A stretch of 64,000 nt of DNA from Octopus vulgaris. Lineage: Eukaryota. Within the stretch, counting starts at the first letter, position 1; each line of letters opens with the position of its first letter. Below the pieces are notes generated by a model. The model was given only the letters and a program-made list of their open reading frames with translations. It was not told where the DNA came from and did no database searches. Below are positions 39,592 through 53,343 of the stretch, in pieces. The translations under genes and the position numbers were made by a program. The stretch lies in NCBI GenBank assembly GCA_951406725.2, contig OX597816.1, positions 138,694,001-138,758,000 on the forward strand. The letters are read 5' to 3'.

Positions 39592-42500
39592 GTGGTTAAT
39601 CTGGAAGCGCGTCCCCCAGGGAAGAGCCAGCCTGGGATCGAAAAGTCATCAACTGGCACAAACTCTTCTCCGAATACGGATATGGATGGTCACTTGAACG
39701 GGAAATTCCCCAACTCGAGCCCTCCAAGTTCACCACCACAACCACCACAAAAAGAAAAAGGTAAGCGGAACAAATGGACCCGAGAAGAGTATAAAGAAGT
39801 AATATACGCTTATTACTATGCATTAGGTAGACCATCTCAAGAGAGACACACCGCAAACTCTTACAGTATATGGAGAACACGGAATCAAGACAGTAGACCC
39901 TATTTGAACGAGAACAAACTGGCAAATGTAAGACGGAATATCCTTAGAAATAATAGACTCACAGACATTGAAATAAGCGCGATCAAGCACGCAACGGAAA
40001 ATGACATAAATATAAGACACAAAGGAAATGAAGAATCAGATGAACAGAATAGCCCGCCACGAGGCTTAATTGAAAGACTGCCATCTGACCAAAGCACGCA
40101 AAAGCCTGAAGATACAAGAAATTCTATTGAACCTGTTAAAGATAGTCAGAAAAATGAAAAAACAACAGTAACTGAAGATCTCGCATTTGCTGAAGAACAC
40201 AGAGAGTCTCTAGCAGAAATGAGGCAGAAAATCCTGAATACGCTTGAAATTGTAAGACATACAAGTATGAATGATAGAGAACCACTTCATAAACTCTCAA
40301 ATACAAACCAAAATAAAAAACAAATCAAAATTGGCAACTATGTAACAAATGAAATAATACAAGAGTTAAAACCTGATTTTACTGAGTTAAATGAAATCAT
40401 TTACGCTTGTGCTAGGGCAATTGAAACCAGCTGTATGACCCGAAAAACAAGGAAAACCAAACCTGGGAAGATATCAAACCCGGAGAAGTAAAATTGAAAA
40501 AGAGATTGAATTTATGAGAGGGGAAATATCAATATTAAATGAACTAATATGTGGAAATGATGTAAGATCCAGAACAGGAAGAAAGATGAAGAGAAAATTT
40601 GGATCCTCACCTAGAGAAGAACTGATATCAATAAAAGAAACGCTGAAACAAAAAGTCCAAGCAAAAGCTCAAAGAATACGAAGATTTGAGAAGAGAAACA
40701 AGTTTTACAAGCAAAATAAGTTGTTCACATCCAATGCCAAAAAATTCTACAGAGAAATAGGTAAGGAGAAAGTAACCGTTAAAGACCCCCTCCCATGGAA
40801 GAAGTTAAAAACTTTTGGAAAAGGATTTGGAGTGACGAGAAGACGTACAACATAAATGCAGACTGGATTATACAAATAGAAGGATCCTACCAAAATTTAC
40901 AACAACAAGCATGGGAAGACATCACAATAGCAGACCTAAGAAAGGCACTCACGAAGGCCCATAATTGGAAATCCTCCAGTAAAGATAGGGTGCCGAATTT
41001 CTGGCTCTCATCGCTCCCATGCGCACACGGTAAGCTAGTTCAGCTGCTCAATGAAATTATGAGAGACCCAAAGAAAACAACTGAATGGTTAGCAAGTGGT
41101 ATTACTTACCTACTCCCAAAGGATAATGAGACCAAACTTCCAAAAAACTATCGGCCTATAACCTGCTTATCCACCACGTATAAAATCCTAACATCTATCC
41201 TGGTGGAGAAAACATATGCATTCATGGAGAAGAACGATATTTTCCCCACTGAACAAAAAGGGTGCCGCCGAGGCTCATACGGATGCAAAGATCAACTGCT
41301 AATTAATCGTATGATCCTTGAGAACTGTCACAACAAGCGCAGAAATCTCATCTCCGCATGGATTGACTATAAAAAGGCCTTCGACAGTATACCGCATTCA
41401 TGGATCTTGAAATCGCTGGACATCTTCAAAATTTCCCCTATGATTTCAAGCTTCCTGAAGCATAATATGTCGTTGTGGAATACGAATCTGCAATTATACC
41501 ACTCTAATGGAGTATTCGCCTCAGAGAATATAAACATCAACTGTGGCATTTTTCGAGGTGACTCACTTTCACCTCTAATATTCTGCATAGCCCTAATACC
41601 TATTTCTTTATTACCCACAAGGGACTAAACATAGAGGGGACAAACAAGGACAGACATAGGTATTAAGTCGATTACATTGACCCCAGTGCGTAACTGGTAC
41701 TTAATTTATCGACCCCGAAAGGATGAAAGGCAAAGTCGACCTCGGCGGAATTTGAACTCACAACGTAACGACAGACGAAATACGGCTACGCATTTCGCCC
41801 GGCATGCTAACATTTCTGCCAGTTCGCATAGCCCTAATACCCCTTACAAGTGAATTAAACAGAATAGGGTATGGGTATAAAATTGTCAATAAAAAAATAA
41901 GCCACCTATTTTATATGGATGACTTCAAACTCTATGGTAAAGAAGATAATGAACTTGAAGGCCTATTGCGCACTGTGAAAGCATTCAGTGATGATATCGG
42001 GATGGAGTTTGGGCTTGAGAAGTGTGCCAAGGCCACTTTCCAGAAAGGGAAAGTGAAGACCACAAATTCAGTCATGTTAGATGTTGGCATAGTCATAAGA
42101 GAGCTTGAGCAAGAACAAACCTACAAATATTTAGTGATAAATGAAGGCTCTGGTATTCAGCATGCAAGCATGAAAGAGAAGATCAGGAAGGAATGTTATA
42201 GGAGAGTTCGAGCAGTCTTGAAATCTGAACTAAATGCACGTAACAAGGTGTTAGCTATAAATTCCTTAGCAGCTCCAGTTGTTACTTATAGCTACAATGT
42301 GTTGAACTGGAATATGAGTGAAGTAAAGAAAATAGATAGGAAAATCGCAAGCTGCTGAGTTGTAATAGGATGCACCACCCAAAGGCAGACGTAGATCGCC
42401 TTTACCTCCCCAGAGCCCAAGGAGGTCGAGGCCTGATCCAATTTGAACTAGCTTACAAACAACCACAATTGGACTGGCCAAATATCTTGAAATAACGAAT

Positions 42501-43640
42501 GACTGGATGCTAAAGCTCGTGGAAAATCACGCGAGACGAAAGAAGCTTCATTCTATCATAAAGGAAAGCAAAAGATTTGCTATCGATCTCGTGTAGGATA
42601 CCCAAACTGAACAACCCGAGGGAAGTACGGCAACTATTGTTGCAAAGAAGGTGAAAATAATGGCAACGAAAAAAGCGCACGAGCAATTGGCTGATAGGTG
42701 GGAGGAGAACCTCTGCACGGCAAATATGTGGCCCGTAGCAAACAAGCTGATGTTGACCAGAAGCAATCCCATCAGTGGCTACGAAGCTCAGGGCTAAAAG
42801 CAGAGAGCGAAGGTTTCATCCTGGCTGCTCAAAATCAAAGCCTATTAACTCGGAACTACCAGGCCAATGTGATGAAAAATGGAGCAGACCCAAAATGCCG
42901 ATTCTGCAACGACATGATTGAAACAGTGGACCACCTAATCTCTGGATGTAAAGTATTAGCACCAGTGGAGTATACATTAAGACATGACAGAGTTGGCCAA
43001 TATCTACACTGGCTAATAAGTCGGCATTACAATATCAAAACTGCCGACAAGTGGTATAATCACCACCCTGAAGCTGTAACTGAAGAGAAAATGTAACGAT
43101 TCTGTGGGACTTTCCAGTACATACAGACGGAACCATCAAAGCCAATTAACCGGATATTGTTGTGAAAGACCAAAACAATAAAGTTTGCTTATTGATCGAC
43201 ATGAGCATCCCCTGTGATCATAATATCTCGGCGAAAAATTTGACAAGCTCAGAAAATATAAAGACTTGCTCATTGAAATTGAGAAAATGTGGCATCTCAA
43301 GATGGTTACAATACCAGTGATCGTAGGAGCACTAGGAATGATCAAGAAGGGAACCGAAAATTATATGAGAATGATCCCTGGCTTACCATCCCTGCAAGAA
43401 GTGCAAAAGATTGTCTTAACTGGTACATCACACGTATTGAGAAGAACATTGTCGATGTGAGAAGTATTACTACCGATGTATTTTAATTTAACTTTATTTC
43501 TATAAAAAAAACAAAAAAACGAACGGACTAGTGAGTTTAGTTTAATGGCCTACCAATGTATACAATGAACTTCTTTGCCCTAGGAGTCGGGAAGACACTC
43601 GGCAAGAAATGGAAGCAAATTTGAAAGAAGAAAAACCCAT
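39592..43640 (+). mobile_element. Near full-length R4/Dong-clade non-LTR retrotransposon (RT + CCHC + restriction-like endonuclease), pseudogenised
   Basis: N-terminal KWTREEYKEVIYAYY..LANVRRNILRN; RT NYRPITCL, EQKGC, WIDYKKAFDSIPH, GIFRGDSLSPL, YMDD; CRFC..ETVDHLISGC, RHD, PDIVV, KYKDL, PVIVGALG; stop at 43460; followed by (TAA)n. Confidence 0.92.
41601..41825 (-). mobile_element. Family B SINE inserted in the Dong RT, 16-bp TSD
   Basis: TSD GCATAGCCCTAATACC at 41585-41600 and 41826-41841. Confidence 0.92.
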
Positions 43641-43667
43641 AAATAATAATAATAATAATAATAATAA

Positions 43668-43736
<69 letters not shown>

Positions 43737-43797
43737 AGTAATAATAATAATAATAATAATAATGATAATAATGATTATTATTATTATTATTATTATT

Positions 43798-43834
<37 letters not shown>

Positions 43835-44207
43835 GTTCCGAAGCCATTAAAAAAAAGATTTGAAGTAGTGAAACAATTGAAGAGTGTTTGGTATGCTAAG
43901 CTAAGCTATTTCAGTTACCGTCATATAAAAATAAAGATTTTTGAAGATTACGGAATGGCTGGAGTGGGGCGGAGTTAGCCTTTGAGTGACATACAATCTA
44001 AATTATAGCACTTCTCCCTTCTTCATGGTCCTCACTCCAGTTCTTTTTCACTTACGGTAAACGCACATCTAAGCTACTACCTACACGCATACATCCATGC
44101 ACTCTGGAACACAGTCACTTAGAGAACGCATTTACAAACTTAATCATAACGACGTTCTTAGACACAAATACCACAAGCATACATACAAGCACAGACACAC
44201 GTACATT

Positions 44208-44265
<58 letters not shown>

Positions 44266-44308
44266 CAGTTATATACCTTCACATGCATATATATGAATAC
44301 ACACACAC

Positions 44309-44383
<75 letters not shown>

Positions 44384-45589
44384 TATATATATATATGCAT
44401 GCATGTGTGTGTGTGTGTGTGTGTGTGTGTATACGCACATTCACAAATATACAGATACGCACGTGCGCACACGTATAGTAGAACTACAGACGACAAGTGC
44501 ACGTTAATATGGCGGCAGGGATTAAGAAAGCAAAAATATGAAAAAAGAATGAGAGGAATAACAACAAAAGAAAACAACAGTAAGATGTATAAAGAAAGAA
44601 TGAAACAAATGAAGAAAGGAGGGAAAAAAATGAAACACTTTCTTCATTCAATGAAAGAGAGACAAATTTTGTAAGAAATGTTCTTAAAATGATTATTAAA
44701 AAAACTAAATCATTATAGAAATATAAACACTTGTAAAAATTGATGGGTAAAAGAAAATTAGAAAGAATAAGAACGAAAGAAAAGAACATTCAAATGGAGA
44801 TAAAAGGAGAAAGAGGGAGTCTATGAGAAGGAAAATTAAAACGGGTGATAAAGAAACAAAATGGCCGTAGGAAGATGGAGACAAATAGTAAAATGGCGTC
44901 TTTACCATTGCAGTTGTCAGTTTTCTTTCCACTGTATTAGATCTCTGAATAGCGGTACCAAATATAGCTCCATCCAGTGGCGCCAGTTTCCTTAAAAACT
45001 TCTCTTTCAAATTCCTTACATAAACCTAATTGCAATACAACAAGAATACTTCTACACCAGCGCCAATAAATAAACCATCAACGAATCAATGTAGAAAGGA
45101 GCCTTTAAGTGATCGCATGTCCTGCTAAAAATGGCAACTAAATCGCCCGTGAAGACACTATATTGTCTTGTTTTTTTTTACAAAATAAAAGAAGAAAATA
45201 AACATGTTATATAATGACGTCCGAGATGCACTATGTCTGAAAAGAAGCGGGATGGTCATTAGCTAGAAAATATTTTGATCGTAGATGTTCACGATCAAGG
45301 CTGACTCGATTCTGAAGAAGAACGACAGCAAGTACAATGATACTACCACCGTGACTGCTATCACTACCATCTCCATAACAGCCACCACAATTACCACCAA
45401 CAATAGTAATTCTACCTCTGCTATAATTACATAAACTCTCTTATAACCGTGGTAATAGTAGCAACAGCAGCAGTAACCTTGTTAGCCTTCGAGTACATAG
45501 TTGGTATGCGTATTACCTGAGAAATGTTCAGAGGGGCATCAACTCTTAGTCTGATTTGAGTGCACCTTGACCGTCAAACGATTTCGAGT

Positions 45590-45890
45590 TGTTGTTATTT
45601 GTTCTTTCCAGAGCCATGCCTGGCTGATAAGGGTCGGTTTCCCAGTTTCATTGGCGTATAGGTTCGCCACCTGGATGAGACGTCGGTCTGTCGAAGGTGA
45701 GCTGCTAGATGCAGGATGTAAAGAGTGAAAGTTATGGCCAAAGAATCAGAAGCTTGCCATTACCTTCTGCCGGAGCCGCGTGGAGTTTAGATGATTCGCT
45801 CATAAACACAACATCGCTTGGTTTGAGATTCGGTCTCGTGATCCCTCGACTGGGAGTCTGCTGCTCTAACCACTAGCCCACGTGCCTCCA
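45590..45890 (-). mobile_element. Family C-related tRNA SINE with (CAA)n tail
   Basis: Minus strand head GGAGGCACGTGGGCTAGTGGTTAGAGCAGCAGACTC; degenerate TSD AACGATTTCGAGT / AACGGTTTGGAGT. Confidence 0.7.
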
Positions 45891-47063
45891 CAACGGTTTG
45901 GAGTAGTGAATAAATTCATTGGCCGGACTAACAGCTATGTTGTGCCCTCTGTAGGTTAAATTAGTGACTAATCACAGTGGGGGATAGATAAATTTCGAGC
46001 GTCTATCATTGACTAGATCAAGGAAGGTTGAAATCACGTGACCTGGTGGTCTCGGCACAGGAGTTGGTAGGGTTTATCTCCCCGCTTATGATATAAACAA
46101 GCGGGCATTTTGCACCAAAAGCCTATATGAAGATCTCTCTCATGGTGTCTACCGCAGTAAAGTTTGTTTTAATAGAACATCAGCATTTAAGTGGGGATAA
46201 ACAAATGATATATTGCTCACAGTGATGGGATGATAAAGTTTGAGCTTCTGCAGCATTTGGGGGGAATAGGTCTATGGAGTGAATGAGAACTTTTTTTTTC
46301 TACTGACGATATGATGAGCTGTGATCAAAACGTCGCAACCCCACCGCAATAACATCCTTTAGCGAGAACAACATCATCATAATCAATTCCACTGCAACCA
46401 GCACATCAACACACCAAAAATCCAATAAACACTACAATCAACAAAAACTTGACACCATGACATCAACACCGCTACCGCCACAAATCCACTACTACACAAC
46501 CATTTCCTTAACGCAACCACATCAATCACCATGAACGACTACAACTAGCCCATCCCACCACCACATCCACCACCACCACCACCACCGCCACCACCACCAC
46601 CACCACCACATCAATACACTACAGGCAGAAAAGCCTCCACCAGTCCACAACAACAACCAACCGTAACCTCAACCATATCCATTCCGACCGCCACTACAAC
46701 GAACTACATAATCATCATCCTCAACATGAGCACCAGCGCCACCGCCACAACTACAACAGTAACGACACCATTATCACCACTGCATCACCAAACACCATCA
46801 CACCACCACCACTAAAGCCTTCACCATAATCACCACAACGTCAGCTGGTAACCGGTGTCAAAACCACCACCGCCACCACCACTAGCATACACATCGGCTA
46901 TCACTTAACTTATTGCTGACATAATAATCACAGTTACGAAGAATGAAAGACATGCAAAGTGTATGAGTTGATTTAAACTCAGAACATAAAAGGTCCTTCT
47001 TAAATACTGCAATGCATTTTCGTGCAGTGCTCCACTGGGTCTTCTCACTGGAATTAAAAATAA

Positions 47064-47064
47064 G

Positions 47065-47121
<57 letters not shown>

Positions 47122-47147
47122 GTAATAATAATAATAGTAGTGGTAGC

Positions 47148-47216
<69 letters not shown>

Positions 47217-47237
47217 TGCAGCAGCCGCAGCAGCAGC

Positions 47238-47288
<51 letters not shown>

Positions 47289-47289
47289 T

Positions 47290-47351
<62 letters not shown>

Positions 47352-47361
47352 TGCAGCAGCC

Positions 47362-47434
<73 letters not shown>
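47064..47434. repeat. (TAA)n/(TAG)n/(CAG)n compound microsatellite
   Basis: Direct reading. Confidence 0.95.
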
Positions 47435-47435
<1 letters not shown>

Positions 47436-47867
47436 CCCAATCGACATAAATGTATCTGTCAGGACCTACCAAGAACTGAGCAAGTATAAAGATCTTGAAA
47501 TAGGAATCGGCAAAATGTGGAACCTCAAAACTAAAACAATACCTGTTGTCATAGGTGCCCTAGAAATGATAGCGAAAGGGGTTGATTCCTACATAGCACA
47601 GATTCAAGGGAACCCCAAAATAGCAGAAATTCAAAAGAAAGTGCTCATGGTAACTGCCCATACCCTACGTAAAATACTATCGATGTAATCTCAAACTTAT
47701 AATTTTCTTATGATTTCTTAAACATTCTCTAGTACAATACTTTGTGGAAAACCAAGTGTATGACACCCTAGCCATAATACCAACTTGGACGTCTAACTTG
47801 TTGTCTCTTGAGGCCTCTGGGTGAGACTTGGAGTCAACTTGTACAAATATAAAGCAAACGTCAAACA
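47435..47867 (+). mobile_element. 5'-truncated R4/Dong-type LINE, second family
   Basis: PIDINVS..LSKYKDLEIGIGKMWNLKTKTIPVVIGALEMI..AHTLRKILSM*, then 3' UTR, then (TAA)n. Confidence 0.85.
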
Positions 47868-47889
47868 TATAATAATAATAATAATGATG

Positions 47890-47956
<67 letters not shown>

Positions 47957-47957
<1 letters not shown>

Positions 47958-48204
47958 CCTATCATAGTAGGTGCATTAGGCATGATAAAAAAATATTCAG
48001 ACAAATACATAACAAAAACACCAGGACTTACAAACACATATAACATACAGAAAATTGCACTAGTAGGCACCGCACACATCCTACGCAGAACACTTTCCAT
48101 ACAATAACCATCAGAGCATCACAACAAATCACAGCACATACCCAAGGCACACAGAGCTGCGCTCGGTAGTGAAGTGAAAGCACGCTATAAAAATAAAACT
48201 ACTG
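47957..48204 (+). mobile_element. 5'-truncated R4/Dong-type LINE, third family
   Basis: PIIVGALGMIKKYSDKYITKTPGL..IQKIALVGTAHILRRTLSIQ*, then 3' UTR; (TAA)n on both sides. Confidence 0.85.
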
Positions 48205-48454
48205 AATAATAATAATAATAATAACAAAAGATTGACGTAACTCTTCACAAAGGTAAACAGACAAGACGTAGAGCGCGATAACAACAAGCCTGTCTTTGTC
48301 GAGTTCAAAATAAAAAGTGATAAAAATCCAAAATTATAGAAATTCAGTTCCAAAGTATGAACGAGAGCAACCACCGTCCACATGTTGATGGAATGACATC
48401 ATCCGCCTTTAAGTTTCAATTTCATAACAGGTGAAAAGAAAAAGACAAAAAAAG

Positions 48455-49135
48455 GGGGAAAGGGATAGTCGATCACATCGACCCCATTTCTTCACTGGTA
48501 CTTAATTTATCGACTCTGAAAGGATGAAAGGCAAAGTCGACGTCGGTGGAATTTGAACTCGGAACGTAACGACGGGCGAAATACCGCTAAAAAGTTTCGT
48601 CCAGCATGCTAAAAGTTCGGCCAGCTGGCCGCCTTAACAACAACAAAAACAACACCAACAACAACAACAATAATAATAATGATAATAATAAAGCCAGAAG
48701 AAATGCTGCTAGCCATTTTGTCCGACGCACTAACGATTCCGCCAGCACACCACATTGACATTTTTGTTTTCTTTTCTTTCTGCAGTAGGTAGAAGCCTGA
48801 AATTTTGTGAGATGGGCAGGATCCCAGTGCTCAATTGGTATTTTAATTTATCGATCCGAAAGAATAAAAGGCAAAATCGACTTTTGTAAGATAGAACTCA
48901 ATGTAAACCCGGAGGAAATGCCGTAGTGTTTTATCCGGCGCGTTACCAGTATTGCCAGCTCAGTTATAAAAGTAATAATAATTACTGATCTCGACAACAA
49001 GGACAGCAATTTAAAGATAGGGTAAGGTCGATGCCTTCGACCTCAGTACTTGACTAGTACTTTGTTTTTGTTTTTTTGGTGACCCTGGTGGAATGAAAGG
49101 TAAAGTTGATACCGACAGGATTTGAACTCAGAACT
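48455..49135 (-). mobile_element. Cluster of family B SINE copies and fragments
   Basis: GAAAGGATGAAAGGCAAAGTCGA..GGAATTTGAACTC core at ~48518, ~48858 and ~49090. Confidence 0.75.
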
Positions 49136-50365
49136 TAATGATGATGAAGAAGAAGAAGAAGGGGAGGAGGAGGAGGAGGAGGAGGAGTAGGGGCATGAGA
49201 AGGAGAAGGAGATGGAGGAGAAGGAGAAGAAGTAGGAAGAGAAGAAGGATGAGGGGAGGAGGGGGAAGGAGAAGAAAGAGAAGAAAAAGAAGAAGGAGAG
49301 AAAAGAAGAAGTAGGAGGGGGAAGAGAAGGAGGAGAAGAATAAGAATAAGGATGAGGAGGAGAAGGAGGGGGAGAAGGAGAAGGTGGAGAAGGAGACGAA
49401 GAAGAAGAAGAAGAAGAAGAAGAAGAAGAAGAAGAAGAAGAAGAAGAAGAAGAAGAAGAAGAAGAAGAAGAAGAAGAAGAAGAAGAAGAAGAAGAGCTGT
49501 GAGACAGAGCTATATAAAGAGCAAAGGAAAGGAAAAGAGAGATTTGCAGAAAGTGGGCGTGGTAGTGACGGATAAAGAGAGTGAAGAATTACCCCCGAAA
49601 TATAAGCGGGATATACATACATCTTCTCCTCACTCAGCGATGGCGGAACCCCCATCATTGCTGCCACTACCACCCTGCCTACCCAGAGCCGTTATCGCCG
49701 ACAACACCAGCACCACACACACACACACACAAAAAAAAAACATAAACACATGGCTGTACTCTCTGACGCCGGGCAAGGAGTAACATTAAGTGGGAGGGGG
49801 TACTACTGATGATGGAGTGATGTTACAGGGTGCAGTATAGGATGTTGTTGGTATTAGGATGGTAGGGTGTTTTGAGGTAGTGTTACACGGTACACACTGT
49901 CTAGCGTCTAGACTGAAGACAGAAGGGGCCATTTCAGACTTCACTATTGGAGAACTGATGCTGTCAGAATCCCTTCTGTTACAAGAGGCTTCATGATTAT
50001 GGCAGCGGCGGCAGTGCTGCTGGTGGTTTGATGTTGTTGTGGTTGTTGTTGTTGTTGTTGTTGGTAGTGGTGGTGGTGGTGGTGGTGGCGGCGGCGGCGG
50101 CGGTGGAGGAGTTGCTGGCGGCGGTGGTTGGCGGTGGTGGTGGTGGTGGTTGTGGGCGTTTTAACCGTTCTTTTAACTTCTATCATACTTCATTGCTGGA
50201 ACTGTTGCAAATAGTTTTGTCATAAAAACACATAATTCTTCAGTTCCTTTGGACCATCACCGCAATCCCTGGAACACTGTATGCACAAACACACACACAA
50301 ACATACACACATACACACACGCATTCACTCACGCACGCACATAAATGCTTGTGGGTGTGTGAATA

Positions 50366-50772
50366 TGTATGTCATTATTCAGTACATTTCAAGATTTCTT
50401 GCCAATAAAGAACCGGTTTCTAACCTAGATCCAAGGTTCCTTCATTGGAATTTCAAATTTCAACAGGGTATTTTCGTATGCATATAAGTATATATGTACG
50501 TATGTATGTATGTATGTATGTATGTATGTATGTATGTATATGTATGAATGTTTGTATGTTTTATATATGTTATTTTCATGCATATAGCTGCATGTCTAGA
50601 CATGTTCATATATAAAATTTTACAGATTTTTACAGATCCAGTGATGGATTGGATCTGTAGTCTTCGAATTAGCTTTCTCCTTTCTGGTTTTGAGAAGTCT
50701 AAGTTCACAAGATTGGTATTTAAAAAGTGTGTTACATATCCCAGGGCCTCAATTATTACAGTTATAAACCTG
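50366..50772 (-). mobile_element. 3' end of an RLE-type non-LTR element in (CATA)n-like sequence, copy 2
   Basis: YRFITVIIEALGYVT..LDFSKPERRKLIRRLQIQSITGSVKICK resembles the PVIIGALG RLE C-terminus; 3' end AATAATGACATACAT. Confidence 0.72.
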
Positions 50773-50924
50773 TATGCATGCATTTGTGTATGCATGTAAG
50801 TATGTTTTTATAGTGATGGTTCTCATTAAATTTTAAACTCTATAACTACAAGGTAAAATCCATAGATGTTCATCTATCTATCTAGCTACCTGGCTATCTG
50901 TCTATCTTTCTATCTATCTATCTG

Positions 50925-50993
<69 letters not shown>

Positions 50994-51003
50994 ATATATA
51001 TAT

Positions 51004-51049
<46 letters not shown>

Positions 51050-51100
51050 GTCTATCTATCTGTTTATTTGTGTGTCTTTCTGCCTGTCTATTTCTATGTG

Positions 51101-51165
<65 letters not shown>

Positions 51166-51924
51166 TATTAAATTTTAAACTTTACAACTATTACTATGCA
51201 TGCTTTCCGAGAAAACGTATATGCATATGTATCTGCGCGCGCGCGTGTGTTTTTACCTGCGTGCGTGTCTGTCTCTCTGTCTGGGTGAGTGTGTATATGC
51301 GTGTGTGTATATGAGTGTGAGTCTGTGTTTGTGCGTGTGTGTGTGTGTGTAGAAATGGGAATAAACAGAGAGAACGTGTCCTTTAACCCATTTAGTTCAG
51401 AGGAAAGGCAAATAGCATCTAAATTTTCTCTTACCTAACACCAGCTTCAAAGACTTTACTTCTATCACTCTGTCTGTTTGTCTGTATGTTTAGCTATCTA
51501 CCTAACGTATATTACTGCGAAATATACGAGTATGTATGTGTGTGTATGTTTGTGTGTGTTTGTGTGTGTGTGTATACATATATCTATATATACATAACTT
51601 TATATACATATATATATACATATGTACGTGTGTGTATAAATGTGAGTGTATGTATGTATGTGTGCCTTTTTTATGTTATCGTCCACCATCCGTATGTTGT
51701 GTTATGTTTGATTCCCGCATGTTTTGTTATTTTTGTCCTACCTTTGATATATATATGTATATAGTGATGAACTATATGGTTATGGACGTTGTGTCTAGTT
51801 TCGGCATATTTGGTATTAGAAAATTTTTTTCTTTTGCCCTTGTTTACAAATTTAACCTTTAAAGGTATTTTTTAATATGCTGGCCATTGATAGAAATTTT
51901 TTCGAAACATTTTATCCTATATTA

Positions 51925-52000
<76 letters not shown>

Positions 52001-52215
52001 TTCAGCAAAATTTAGATTCAAATTTAAGTTAGATGCACCAGAATTTTGTATGGTGTTATCCATATAAATCCATGGGTGGTTATAATCAAAATAAGCCACA
52101 AGAATAACTTCGGTAATTTGGTACGATCGTTTCACGCTACATCATTTTATTAGATGTTGTAAGTATTACAACAATTTTAAAATGCTGAGCACTCATCACT
52201 CCGTCTTCCGTATCA

Positions 52216-52492
52216 ATAATTTTCATATCAATTTATAACATTATAGAGAAGGTAGATATATAGACAAAGATGTGGATTTAAATTTTAGAAACATTAAGGT
52301 AATGGAGTTTATCAGCTGACTGATTTGTTCATTCTTCCTAAAACCTTCTAGCAGTTCAAAACAACTGAATTTTCTGAATATTCTTCAGTCAGCTGATAAA
52401 CTCCACTACCTTGATGTTCCTAAAATTTAAATCCACATCTTTGTCTATATATCTACCTTATCTATAATGTTATAAACTGATATGAAAACTAT
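52216..52492. repeat. 108-bp inverted repeat with 61-bp spacer
   Basis: Arms 52216-52323 and 52385-52492; 6 mismatches by eye. Confidence 0.9.
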
Positions 52493-52655
52493 GTATTAAT
52501 GGTGGCCAGTAATAAAGTCACAAGAAAAATAGTCACAATTAATTTATAGGATCCGGACAAAAACTCCCTAGGACAAACCTCTTCGGACAAAAACTCCCCG
52601 GACAAACTCCCTGTGGCTTTTTCCTGTGGTCTTTTTCTGTGACTGTTCTACCTGT

Positions 52656-52717
<62 letters not shown>

Positions 52718-53079
52718 TCGAAGCCTATTATGTCACCTGATGAGGTTTTGTCTGAACTGTGGAGTGCATTCGATTTCAATATATCGTTCATCACACTAGG
52801 GAACAGTGCAGAAGTATGTCGAAACGATCGTTACGATAAATAAAGTTTCCAATACACTCCGTCTTCCGTATCAATAGTTTACAATATACACAACGTGCGG
52901 CGAGGAATTCCTAACATAGATCCAGCGATGAAACTGCATTCACCACGGATGACGCCTGTTAGTCCTAAGTAGTGAATGTGCTCTGCCAGCACACTACTAG
53001 GGACATACACAAAATAAGGCTTGAATGTTAAATTTTAAAATTTCATATATAAAATCTTTCAATTATAACCTATATAAGA

Positions 53080-53343
53080 TGACTGGTAATAAAGTCGCAG
53101 TAAAAGTCACAATTTTGGCTAGGTTAAAAAAGTCACAGGAAAAAAATTATAATTAATTTATGGTGGCCAGTAATAAAGTCACAAGAAAAATAGTCACAAT
53201 TAATTTATAGGATCCGGACAAAAACTCCCTAGGACAAACCTCTTAGGACAACCCCCCCCCCCCCCCGGACAAACTCCCTGTGGCTTTTTCCTGTGGCCTT
53301 TTTCTGTGGCTGTTCTACCTGTGACTTTTTTTTACCTGGATTC
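53080..53343. mobile_element. MITE/fold-back-like DNA element with subterminal AAAGTCACA and GGACAAA repeats; part duplicated at ~52500-52658
   Basis: AAAAAAGTCACAGG versus CCTGTGACTTTTTT in inverted orientation; ~160-bp direct copy upstream. Confidence 0.55.

Noticed and set aside
46320-46880. ACC/ACA-rich tract that could encode a mucin-like Thr-rich peptide
   Set aside because: Decayed trinucleotide repeat without a sustained ORF
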